A stretch of 64,000 nucleotides of DNA from NCBI GenBank assembly GCA_965197905.1, contig CBDAOB010000002.1, forward strand, positions 64,001 to 128,000. Direction: 5' to 3'. This document shows positions 29,729 through 40,307 of the stretch, one piece after another (positions within the stretch are counted from its first letter, which is position 1; every line of letters starts with the position of its first letter). The notes below the pieces were generated by a model. The model saw only the letters and a list, made by a program, of their open reading frames with translations, did no database searches and had not been told where the DNA came from. The translations under genes were made by a program, and so were the position numbers. This stretch comes from Candidatus Latescibacterota bacterium. GTDB lineage: Bacteria > Latescibacterota > UBA2968 > UBA8231.

Positions 29729-32560
29729 ATGACCCGACTCAACAGATTTCAGATCGTTCTCGGTGCCCTCGTCGTCATCGTCGTAGGCGGGGTAATCGCG
29801 AGCTTCTACACCGACTTTCTTTGGTTCCAGAGCCTGAAGCAACAGGGCGTCTTCTGGCGTATCGTCAAAGCTCGCTGGGGAGCCGCGTTTGTCTTCGGAA
29901 TACCGGCAGCGCTGCTGGTGGGATTGAACCTGTGGCTGGCGGAGCGTTTCACCCGCCAGGCTTTGCTGGCCGGCACCTTCTTTCGCGACGAAAGCGCGGA
30001 GGGTCAAACGGTGCCTCCATCTCGCATCGGGTATCTGGTGGTGGGAGCGGTCGTCGTTTTGTTGCTGGGGAACATCGGCGCCTCACAGTGGCCGCTGCTG
30101 CTGCGATATTTCAACGATCAACCGTTCAACCTGACGGATCCGCTTTTCTCGAAGGACGTCGGGTTCTACGTCTTTGCGCTTCCGTTCTATCGATTCTTCG
30201 CCAACTACCTGCTCGGCAGTCTCATTCTTGCCGGCGTCCTAGTCGGGTTGATCTACCTGGCCGGCGGCTCCATACGTGTGCAGGAACGCATCCAGATGCT
30301 GCCCAAGGCGCTTGCCCATCTCTCGGCGCTGTTCGGCCTCTTTCTACTGGATGTCGCCTGGATATATCGACTGAAGGTGTACGGGCTGCTCTACTCGGAA
30401 GGCGACGTGGTATTCGGGGCCGGTTACGCCGACGTAAAGGTCGAGATCTGGGTCTACTGGCTGCTGGTGCTCGTCTTCATCGCTGCGGCCGGACTTCAGT
30501 TCGCCAACACGCGCGCCCTCGGCAAACGCTTTCCCATGATCGGTCTCGCCGCGCTGGCAGTTGGGGTTGCCATCGTCAGCTGGCTGCCCGCGGCGGTGAT
30601 CCAGAAGCTGGTCGTGCAACCCAGTGAGCTGTCCCGTGAAACCCCCTATCTGGAATACAACATCGCCGCGACGCGCCATGCCTTCGGTTTGGATCGCATC
30701 GTGGAAGAACCGTTCGAAGCGTCCGAGGACCTCAGCCGAGCCGACGTGGAGGCGAATCCCCTGACCATTCGAAACGTGCCGATCTGGGACGAGCGTCCGT
30801 TGGTGCAAACCTACCAGCAGGTTCAGGAGATCAGACCGTACTACGTCTTTGCCGGCGTCGACGTCGATCGTTACCGGGTGGAGGGGGTCTACCGCCAGGT
30901 CATGCTGTCGGCTCGTGAGATGGACACTGGTCGGCTTCCCGCCCAGGCGCGCAACTGGGTGAATGAACGGCTTCAGTACACCCATGGATACGGGGTCGCT
31001 CTGAGTCCGGTTGACCACGTAACGCCCGAAGGTCTGCCAGCACTGATGGTCAAAGACATCCCACCGGTGTTTCCGAAAGGCTTAGAGATCGAACGGCCAG
31101 AGCTCTACTACGGGGAAGGGGAGATGGGGTACGTCTTGGTCAATACCGGGGTGCAAGAATTCGACTATCCGAAAGGGGATGACAACCAATTCTCCACCTA
31201 CGAGGGAACCGGGGGGGTGGAGATGGGCGGTTTCTTGGGTCGCCTGACGTTCGCTATTCGCTTCAGGGATATCAACCTGTTCCTGAGTAACTACATCGAA
31301 CCCCAAAGCCGGATCATGTTGCGACGCCAGATACATGATCGCGCGGAGGCGATCGCACCCTACCTGCAGTACGATTCCGATCCCTACCTGGTCATCTCCG
31401 AGGGGCGGCTAGTCTGGATTCTCGACGCCTATTCGACAACCGACATGTATCCGTACGCCACCCGTGGAGGACGTTCATACATCAACTATATCCGCAATTC
31501 GGTGAAGGTGGTGATGGATGCGTACGATGGCACGTTAACCTACTACCGGATGGATGTGGAAGACCCGATCATCGCTGCCTACGACGAGATGTTTCCTGGT
31601 CTGTTCGTGCCGGCAGCGACGATGTCTGCGGATCTGAAGGCGCATCTGAGATACCCGAAGGATATGTTTAAGCTGCAGGCGACCCTCTACCGCAGCTACC
31701 ACATGCAGGACGTCCGCCTGTTCTACAACCAAGAGGATCTTTGGGAGATCCCGAACGAGATCTACAGCGATCATGCGCAGATGATTCAGCCGTATTACAT
31801 CATCGTAAAGCTGCCCGGTGAAGAGCGCGAAGAGTTCCTGCTGATGGCTCCGTTCACCCCGGCGAGAAAGGATAACATGATCGGCTGGATGGCGGCCCGC
31901 TGCGACGGTGACAACTACGGGGATCTGCTCGTTTACCGCTTGCCCAAGGACCGCATGATCTTCGGCCCCATGCAGCTGGAGGCGCGCATCGATCAGCAGC
32001 CGGAGATCTCGAGCCAGCTGACCCTCTGGGGGCAGAAGGGCTCTGAGGTGATCCGCGGAAACTTGCTGGTGATTCCGATCGAGCGTTCCTTCATGTACGT
32101 GGAGCCGGTCTATCTGCAGGCGCGTCAGGAGATCGAAGCGCCGGCCTATCAGGGTGGAGGCGGTCCTCCCGATCCCACGGAGCAGTGGCGACAGCCACCG
32201 CGGCGGGAGATTCGCTCGGCGGCTATTCCGGAGCTCAAGAAGGTCATCGTCGCGTTCGGCGGTCGCGTCATCATGCGCGATACCTTCCGCAAAGCGCTGG
32301 CTGACCTGTTCGAAATGGACGAGTCGAGCGTGGGCCACGCTGAAGAGATCCGCAGCGGAGCTTTGTCACGCGAAACACCCGGGAGTAGAGATCGCTCCGC
32401 CGCGACGATGGCGACCGAGGCGGAGAACCAGTACCGCCGCGTGCAGGCGGCGATGAAGAACTGGGATTGGGCCGAGGCCGGTGACGGGATGCAGGCGCTG
32501 GAGGAAACCCTTGCCGAGCTGCGCTCGACGTTGAACGATACTACCGGTGTACCACAGTAG
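29729..32560 (+). CDS. UPF0182 family membrane protein
   Basis: YTDFLWF, DPLFSKDVGFY, YTHGYG, NYIRNSVK, HLRYP, GNLLVIPI, PELKKV; AGGAGG RBS. Confidence 0.93.
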   Translation: MTRLNRFQIVLGALVVIVVGGVIASFYTDFLWFQSLKQQGVFWRIVKARWGAAFVFGIPAALLVGLNLWLAERFTRQALLAGTFFRDESAEGQTVPPSRIGYLVVGAVVVLLLGNIGASQWPLLLRYFNDQPFNLTDPLFSKDVGFYVFALPFYRFFANYLLGSLILAGVLVGLIYLAGGSIRVQERIQMLPKALAHLSALFGLFLLDVAWIYRLKVYGLLYSEGDVVFGAGYADVKVEIWVYWLLVLVFIAAAGLQFANTRALGKRFPMIGLAALAVGVAIVSWLPAAVIQKLVVQPSELSRETPYLEYNIAATRHAFGLDRIVEEPFEASEDLSRADVEANPLTIRNVPIWDERPLVQTYQQVQEIRPYYVFAGVDVDRYRVEGVYRQVMLSAREMDTGRLPAQARNWVNERLQYTHGYGVALSPVDHVTPEGLPALMVKDIPPVFPKGLEIERPELYYGEGEMGYVLVNTGVQEFDYPKGDDNQFSTYEGTGGVEMGGFLGRLTFAIRFRDINLFLSNYIEPQSRIMLRRQIHDRAEAIAPYLQYDSDPYLVISEGRLVWILDAYSTTDMYPYATRGGRSYINYIRNSVKVVMDAYDGTLTYYRMDVEDPIIAAYDEMFPGLFVPAATMSADLKAHLRYPKDMFKLQATLYRSYHMQDVRLFYNQEDLWEIPNEIYSDHAQMIQPYYIIVKLPGEEREEFLLMAPFTPARKDNMIGWMAARCDGDNYGDLLVYRLPKDRMIFGPMQLEARIDQQPEISSQLTLWGQKGSEVIRGNLLVIPIERSFMYVEPVYLQARQEIEAPAYQGGGGPPDPTEQWRQPPRREIRSAAIPELKKVIVAFGGRVIMRDTFRKALADLFEMDESSVGHAEEIRSGALSRETPGSRDRSAATMATEAENQYRRVQAAMKNWDWAEAGDGMQALEETLAELRSTLNDTTGVPQ

Positions 32561-32617
32561 CAGCACGCTGGGACGAGCCTTAATTACACGGCATGATCGA
32601 GCGCGGTGGTAGCGGGG

Positions 32618-33607
32618 CTACTCCTCGTCTCGCAGAATCCGCAGCAGCGACTGCAGATACCCAACGCAGTAGGTCGAGCTGAGCAATCCTTCCTCCTCGT
32701 TCAGGTCTCCTTCCACGCGGGCGGCATGGGAAGGTAGAACGTAACCGTCGAAATTCACTTCTCGCAACAACCGAAGGGTGTTGAGAAAATCCAGCTGGCC
32801 TTCCTCGAAGAAACACTCGTTGAACTTTTCCCGCGTCCCTTGCACCGCCTGCAGGTGGACGTAACAGATTTTATCCCGCTCGCCAAAATACCGAATCCCT
32901 TTTTCCGTCACACCGGGTCCCATAAGGCCCCAGTTCCCCAGGCAAAACGTCAAACCGAAGTTGGGACTATCCGCGATCTCCACCGCCCGCTGAAACCCCT
33001 CGAAGGTGCCGAACAGCCGCGGAATGCCGCCGAACTTCGGCACCGGAGGATCGTCCGGATGTAATGACAACGTGACTCCGGCTTCTTCCGCCACCGGGAT
33101 GAGCGCCTTGATGAAGTAATCGAAGTTGGACCAGATCTCCTCTTCGGTGTATTCCCGATCGCGAAAGAGAATGTCTTTGCTCGCCTTTTCCAGATCGAAG
33201 GATCGCACCGTCGCCCCGCCGCGGATTCGCGTCGAATGAGAGGTTCCAAATACAGGATTCGTGCCAAACGGATTCGGTGCCACCATCCAATGGAATCCGA
33301 AATGGGGCACACCCACCTGGCCCATGACCCGAAGGCAACCGGCGATATGTTCTATCTTCTCGTCCCGTTCCGGTTTGCCCAGGATGATGGGATCGTAATA
33401 CTGCGCCTGGTTGCCCAGGTTTTCCAGCGTGAACAGCTCCAGACCGGCGTCGTTGTAGCGCGCCCGCAGATTGACCAGCTCCAGGTAGTCGATGACATCT
33501 TTGCCTTCGGGGGGTTTGATGCCCCAGTACAATGCTCCGGTCACCCCGAGCTGTCGAATCAACCTCAGATACGTATTGTCCAGTTTGCCCCATAGACCGA
33601 TCTGCAT
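32618..33607 (-). CDS. uxuA: mannonate dehydratase (UxuA family)
   Basis: AEEAGVTLSLHPDDPP, GLTFCLG, YVHLQ, FNECFFEEG; start MQIGLWG at 33607 with AAGGAG RBS (ORF-track extension to 34198 is spurious). Confidence 0.8.
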   Translation of the reverse strand: MQIGLWGKLDNTYLRLIRQLGVTGALYWGIKPPEGKDVIDYLELVNLRARYNDAGLELFTLENLGNQAQYYDPIILGKPERDEKIEHIAGCLRVMGQVGVPHFGFHWMVAPNPFGTNPVFGTSHSTRIRGGATVRSFDLEKASKDILFRDREYTEEEIWSNFDYFIKALIPVAEEAGVTLSLHPDDPPVPKFGGIPRLFGTFEGFQRAVEIADSPNFGLTFCLGNWGLMGPGVTEKGIRYFGERDKICYVHLQAVQGTREKFNECFFEEGQLDFLNTLRLLREVNFDGYVLPSHAARVEGDLNEEEGLLSSTYCVGYLQSLLRILRDEE

Positions 33608-33670
33608 GGAACGCTCCTTGTCAGCGAAATTGCTTCGTCGACGCTGCAATATACACCTCCCGCCCATTCC

Positions 33671-33699
33671 TTGCCCCTGCTCCGCGCCGGGCGTATACT
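33671..33699 (+). promoter_or_regulatory. sigma70-type promoter of the sugar-acid operon
   Basis: TTGCCC-N17-TATACT, 40 nt upstream of ATG 33740. Confidence 0.55.
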
Positions 33700-33739
33700 T
33701 GCGCCCAATTCGCAGGACCATTCGGAAATGTGAGGTTGC

Positions 33740-34886
33740 ATGAACAAGCCAGTACGCGCCGGAGTTGTGGGGTGTGGAACCATAAGTCCCGCGTATTTCA
33801 ATGGCTGCAAGCCGTACGCGGTCATGGAGATCGTCGCCTGCGCCGACATGGTTCCCGAGATAGCCCGGGAAAGGGCTTCCGAATTCGCTAATCCCCAAAG
33901 CCTGCACGGTGGACCAGCTGCTGGCTGACGACACCATCGATATCGTAGTGAACCTGACCGTGCCCAAAGCCCATGCCGAGGTCAACCTCGCCGGCATCGC
34001 GGCGGGCAAGAGCGTGCATTGCGAGAAGCCGCTGGCGGTGAATCGGGCGGACGGCGCTCGGACCCTGGAGGCGGCAGAGGAGAACGGGGTGCGGGTAGGA
34101 TGCGCCCCCGATACCTTCCTGGGCGGCGGCATACAGACCTGTCGCAAACTGATCGACGACGGCTGGATCGGACAGCCCGTGGCGGTCACCGCTTTCATGG
34201 TGAGTCGTGGCCACGAATGCTGGCATCCAGCTCCGGATTTCTTCTACGAGATCGGTGGGGGACCCATGCTCGACGTGGGGCCGTACTATCTGACCGTGCT
34301 GGTCAATCTGCTGGGTCCCGTTGGCCGCGTCTGCGGGTCCGCCCGTGCCACCTTTGCGGAACGTTTGATCACCAGGGAAGGGCCGCGCTACGGAGATAAG
34401 ATCCCAGTGGAGACCCCGACCCATTTCGCCGGTACCCTCGATTTCGCCAGCGGCGCGATCGGCACGATGATCATGAGTTTCGATGTCTGGTCGCACCACC
34501 TTCCGCGCATCGAGATCTACGGCAGTGAAGGTTCCTTAAGTGTTCCCGATCCCAACGGCTTCGACGGTCCCGTTTTCATTCAGCGTCGGGGCGCCGAGGA
34601 TTGGTCGGAAGTACCCCTAACCCACGACGGTAGTGTGGGGCGCGGCATCGGGGTTGCCGACCTGGCGCAGGGCCTGATCTCCGGAAGGCCGCACCGCGTT
34701 AATGGCGCGCTTGCCTGTCACGTGCTGGATGTCATGCAGGCATTCGAGGAATCTTCCAACACGGGCAGGCATGTAGAGATTGCCACCAGCTGTGAACGTC
34801 CCGAGGCCTTACCCATGGGGTTGCTCCCGGGCACCCTGGACGAACAACCTTCCCCGCCAGACTGTGCGCGCTTTACAGCTCGATAA
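33740..34886 (+). CDS. Gfo/Idh/MocA oxidoreductase, frameshifted at ~33890
   Basis: GVVGCGTIS in 33740-33928; HCEKP, CAPDTFLG, WHPAPDFFY, GGPMLDVGPYY in 33909-34886. Removing one A from GCTAATCCCC restores EFAIPKACTVDQ. Confidence 0.85.
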
Positions 34887-35889
34887 ACCCCAACATTTCC
34901 TGCGCGTCGAGATCGACGAGCCCGGATCACCTCGTGCGGGTGAAGCGCTGGTGCGTTCCCATCGCATGGGTGTGTGCGGCACGGACGTGAGCAGCTATCT
35001 CGGCAAGTTTCCCTTCTTCGATTACCCCCGCATTCCCGGTCACGAGCTCGGTGTGGAGGTGCTGGAGGTTGCACCCGACGTTCAAAACGTTCAGATCGGC
35101 GATCGCTGCAGCGTAGAACCCTACATGAACTGCGGCAGCTGCTACGCGTGTCGCAACGGCGCCACGAACTGCTGCACAACCCTGAGCGTGATCGGCGTGA
35201 TGAGCGACGGCGGCTTGTGCGATCGCTTTCTGATAAGGGCGGACAAACTGCATCCGGGGAATTCCCTGTCGTATGAACAGCTTGCGCTGGTTGAGACTCT
35301 GGCGATCGGCTGTCACGCTACCGATCGTAGCGCTCCTGCTGCCGGTGAGCAGGTGCTTATCATTGGCGCAGGTCCCATCGGCATGGCGACCCTCGAATTC
35401 TCGCGGATAGGGGGAACCGAGCCGGCGGTCATGGATCGGATCGAATCCCGACTGGACTTCTGCCGCGCCACCTACGGCATCGAGAACACCATTCGCTTCA
35501 GGGGAGATGGCAGCGAGCTGGAGCAGATGCGCGACATCACCAGCGGCGACCTGTTTCCCGTGGTGATGGATGCGACCGGAAACAGGGATTCCATGTCGGC
35601 GGCTCTGGAGTACGTAGCTCACACCGGGACGCTGGTTTTCGTCGGCCTCACCGCCGAAGCGATCAGCTTCAAACAGCCGGTGATGCACCGGGCGGAGCTA
35701 ACCCTGAAGGCGACCCGCAACGCGGTGCCGGAGAACTTCACCCGCATCATCGGTCTCATCGAGGCCGGCGCGATTCGCACCGATTCATGGATCACCCATC
35801 GCACCGGCTTCGATCAGGTGTCCGCGGACTTCGAAACCTTTACCAGGCCGGAGAGCGGTGTGATCAAAGCGATCATCGAGGTTTCATAA
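34864..35889 (+). CDS. Zn-dependent MDR dehydrogenase, L-galactonate/L-gulonate 5-dehydrogenase-like
   Basis: GVCGTD, YPRIPGHE, CGSCYAC..TNCC, IIGAGPIG, DATGN; likely GTG start at 34864. Confidence 0.85.
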   Translation: MRALQLDKPQHFLRVEIDEPGSPRAGEALVRSHRMGVCGTDVSSYLGKFPFFDYPRIPGHELGVEVLEVAPDVQNVQIGDRCSVEPYMNCGSCYACRNGATNCCTTLSVIGVMSDGGLCDRFLIRADKLHPGNSLSYEQLALVETLAIGCHATDRSAPAAGEQVLIIGAGPIGMATLEFSRIGGTEPAVMDRIESRLDFCRATYGIENTIRFRGDGSELEQMRDITSGDLFPVVMDATGNRDSMSAALEYVAHTGTLVFVGLTAEAISFKQPVMHRAELTLKATRNAVPENFTRIIGLIEAGAIRTDSWITHRTGFDQVSADFETFTRPESGVIKAIIEVS

Positions 35890-35891
35890 CC

Positions 35892-37154
<1,263 letters not shown>

Positions 37155-37169
37155 AAAGGTGAACAGCTC

Positions 37170-38177
37170 ATGAAATACCACGTTTACGTGTCGAATTCCG
37201 ACAGCGCGTTCTTCTCCAAGTTTATTCTCGATGACGGCAAGCTGGAACGCCAGCAAGATATCCCGCTGGACGACTGTCCCGGCACCGTCGCCACCACGGC
37301 CGATGGGGAGCTGCTGTTTGTCTGTCTGCGCTCACCGAAACAGCTGGAGAGCTTCCGCGTCGACAAGAGAACCGGGCAGCTATCCTCGATCGGAAAGGTC
37401 GATGTAGAGGATGGCCCCCCCTACCTGAAGACCGACAACACCGATCGGTATCTGCTCTCCGCCTGCTATCGCGCCGGCATTGTCACCGTGCACCGTATCG
37501 CGGACGACGGCTCCTTGAGTGCCGAACCGATACAGCGCATCGAAACGGAGGTGCACGCGCACAGCATTCAGACCGACCGTTCCAACCGCTTCGCCTTCGT
37601 GCCGCACACCAATCCGGCCAACGCGATCTATCAGTTCCATTTCGCTGTTTCCAGCGGCATGTTGTCCGCCAACGATCCGGCGAAGATCCACCCGGCCACG
37701 CCGGAGGGGCCACGCCACTTCGCCTTCCACCCGGCCCAAGATATTCTCTATTCGGTGAACGAGAACGGCTGCACCGTGAGCGCGCATCATTTCGACTCGA
37801 ATGCCGGAACCCTCGAGTCATTCCAGGTGATCTCCACCCACCCGGAGGGATTCACCGGCGAGAACCAGTCCACTGCCGAGATCCGCGTTACTCGAGACGG
37901 AACGCATCTCTACGCCTCGAATCGCGGTCACAACAGCCTGGCCATATACAGCATTGAGAATGACGGCACGCTTGCAGTCGTCGGGCATCAAGCCACCGAA
38001 GCGACCCCACGTTTCTTCGACATCGACCCCACCGGAGATTTCGTTCTCGCAGTTGGACAGGATTCCGGCCGCCTGGCCAGTTACCGGATCGATCACGAAA
38101 GCGGCAACCTGGAACCACTGGAGGCCCACGAGGTCGGAGAATCGCCGCTGTGGATCCAGTTCGTGGAAGCGGACTAA
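37170..38177 (+). CDS. lactonase, 6-phosphogluconolactonase/cycloisomerase-2 family 7-bladed propeller
   Basis: HAHSI, GPRHFAFHP, LYASNRGHNS, PRFFDIDPTG. Confidence 0.9.
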   Translation: MKYHVYVSNSDSAFFSKFILDDGKLERQQDIPLDDCPGTVATTADGELLFVCLRSPKQLESFRVDKRTGQLSSIGKVDVEDGPPYLKTDNTDRYLLSACYRAGIVTVHRIADDGSLSAEPIQRIETEVHAHSIQTDRSNRFAFVPHTNPANAIYQFHFAVSSGMLSANDPAKIHPATPEGPRHFAFHPAQDILYSVNENGCTVSAHHFDSNAGTLESFQVISTHPEGFTGENQSTAEIRVTRDGTHLYASNRGHNSLAIYSIENDGTLAVVGHQATEATPRFFDIDPTGDFVLAVGQDSGRLASYRIDHESGNLEPLEAHEVGESPLWIQFVEAD

Positions 38178-38216
38178 ATCAATTGCATGGCCGCCTACGG
38201 GACAGGCGGTGGAAAA

Positions 38217-39239
38217 ATGGCGAAGAAAAAACACTCGATTCTGATCTGTGGCTCTGGCGGTGCCGGTCTGCACTGCGCCCAGATCGCCAAAGAAGACGGA
38301 CGCGGCGAGGTCGTCGGTCTCTTCGATCCAATCCCGCAGCAGCTCGAAAAAGCGGGTGCAAAATATCCCAATGCCAGGACCGGGGAGAATTACGAACGTC
38401 TGCTGGGGCAGACGCGACCGGACGTAGTCGTAGTGGCCGGCCCCGATCACCTTCATGCCGATCAGACCGTGACCGCGCTGGAGCACGGCTGCCATGTGTT
38501 GATAGAGAAGCCCTTCGCCACAACGATCGAGGACGCGCGCCGCATCATCGCAGTGGAGGAACGCACAGGCCTTCACGTGATGGCGGACCACACCTATCGC
38601 TACATGTTTCCCGAACGGGAGATGGTGCTGGCGACCAAAGCGGGAGAGATCGGTGAGTTCTTTTTCGTTCAGGGCGACTACATCCACGACATGACGGAGT
38701 ACTACCTGCCCCGTGGTCGATCCCACACGCCGTGGCGGGCGAATGCGGAAAATCCGCAGAACATCTTGCTGGGCGGTGGTATTCACACCATCGACCTGAT
38801 GTTGTGGGCAGTGGAAGAGGAGGTCGAGGAGGTTTTCTGCTATAGCAACAAGAAGTGCATCCCTGAATTTCCCAGCGACGACTGCTACATACTCATCATG
38901 CGCTTTGCCAACGGAGTCCTGGGGAAATGCCACGTGACAAGCGGCTGCTCGGGCCCGACCTGGCACCGCTTCTTCGAGAGCTTCGGAGATCGCGGCACCG
39001 TAAGCGACGGCCGGCTTCTACGACGCGACGCCGAGCCGGTGGAGCTGCAGAAAAGCTCTACGGTCGAGGTCGTTGGCGGTCATGGATGGGCCGAATCAGT
39101 GACCGATTTTCTCGATCTCCTGGATGGCGATATCGAGAACCCGATTCCGTCGAAGGCGGGTTTCAATAGTATCGCCGTGTGTGTAGCGGGATTGGAAGCG
39201 ATCCGTACGGGCAAGCCTCAGCGTCCGGAGTGGATCTGA
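38217..39239 (+). CDS. Gfo/Idh/MocA family oxidoreductase
   Basis: ICGSGGAG, PDHLH, HVLIEKP, GGIHTIDL. Confidence 0.88.
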   Translation: MAKKKHSILICGSGGAGLHCAQIAKEDGRGEVVGLFDPIPQQLEKAGAKYPNARTGENYERLLGQTRPDVVVVAGPDHLHADQTVTALEHGCHVLIEKPFATTIEDARRIIAVEERTGLHVMADHTYRYMFPEREMVLATKAGEIGEFFFVQGDYIHDMTEYYLPRGRSHTPWRANAENPQNILLGGGIHTIDLMLWAVEEEVEEVFCYSNKKCIPEFPSDDCYILIMRFANGVLGKCHVTSGCSGPTWHRFFESFGDRGTVSDGRLLRRDAEPVELQKSSTVEVVGGHGWAESVTDFLDLLDGDIENPIPSKAGFNSIAVCVAGLEAIRTGKPQRPEWI

Positions 39240-39287
39240 GTAGGAGATCGCGGTCCTCAAGCGCTCCTCGGTCGTCCGCCGCGAAAA

Positions 39288-39434
39288 CTACCTACCTCTT
39301 CTTATTTCGGCATATCCCACTGTCCAGTTTCCCAGCACGATAAAGACGGTGGTCACAATACTCCCGACGGCAAGCAGAGGTATGCCGACGAGACTGTGTC
39401 CTACGGTGCAGCCGCCAGCCATCGATGAACCGCC
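39288..39434 (-). pseudogene. C-terminal remnant of a YeeE/YedE (thiosulfate/sulfur transporter) gene
   Basis: Own translation: GGSSMAGGCTVGHSLVGIPLLAVGSIVTTVFIVLGNWTVGYAEIRRGR*; AGGCxxGH is the YeeE/YedE C-terminal motif. Confidence 0.7.
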
Positions 39435-39435
39435 G

Positions 39436-40257
39436 TCATCGCAGCTTCACCCTTCTCCAGAACGGATACAAAAAGCGGCCTGCAAGGCTTCTTGGAAACA
39501 GTTCCATATCTGCAAACCCGAGTCGACCTGGCTGCTCTTCGTCCGCCGACATGAACGCGGTGCCAAAGACCCAGTCCCACACACTGAAAACAATGCCGTA
39601 GTTTTGGCCTGCTTTGCCGTGCAACACGACGTCGTGATGCCATACGTGAAAGCGGGGTGAGTTGACGACATATCCCAGGGGACCCCAACCAATTTTCAGG
39701 TTGGAGTGATTGAGATGCCCGACCAGCGTGCCAACTATTGCAACCCACAGAATCACCTTGCCGTCGATACCCAACACAACCAGCGGCAAATAGGTGAGTC
39801 CTTTGTAGATTACGATTTCCATCCAGTGAAATCGCATGTTTCCGATCCAGTCAAGTTCCTCTATGCTGTGATGCAGCTTGTGGAATTCCCACAGCCAGGG
39901 TACTCGGTGCAAGAGGTTGTGCACGCACCATTCTAGAAGATCCTTCAACACCAGAAAGACGACAAACTGCACCCACAAAGGGCTCTCCATCAACAGTTGA
40001 AGAGATTCGGGCGACGGGAACTGCAACGCACCTGTCAGTTGTCTTCCCTGCTGAAGTAACCAGCCGACGATGAAAGCCAGGAGTACGCCGGCATAGTGAC
40101 CGTTGAAAACAAGCCAGAAGAAATCCTGCCCAATCTGGTCTCTAAACGCCCTCTGCCGCGGACGCCACGGTGAGAATCGCTCCAGCATCCAGCAGAAGAT
40201 CGATATGGCCATAAGCCAGAAAAAGTAATGACGCGTATCCCATATGATGTTCAGCAT
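39436..40257 (-). CDS. sterol desaturase/fatty acid hydroxylase family membrane protein
   Basis: His boxes HNLLH, HKLHHS, HLNHSN, HVWHHD; NYG..FSVWDWVFGT. Confidence 0.9.
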   Translation of the reverse strand: MLNIIWDTRHYFFWLMAISIFCWMLERFSPWRPRQRAFRDQIGQDFFWLVFNGHYAGVLLAFIVGWLLQQGRQLTGALQFPSPESLQLLMESPLWVQFVVFLVLKDLLEWCVHNLLHRVPWLWEFHKLHHSIEELDWIGNMRFHWMEIVIYKGLTYLPLVVLGIDGKVILWVAIVGTLVGHLNHSNLKIGWGPLGYVVNSPRFHVWHHDVVLHGKAGQNYGIVFSVWDWVFGTAFMSADEEQPGRLGFADMELFPRSLAGRFLYPFWRRVKLR

Positions 40258-40307
40258 GGAAGACCACACATAGAGATATCCGTTGAACCGCTACCCATTA
40301 TAGGCCG

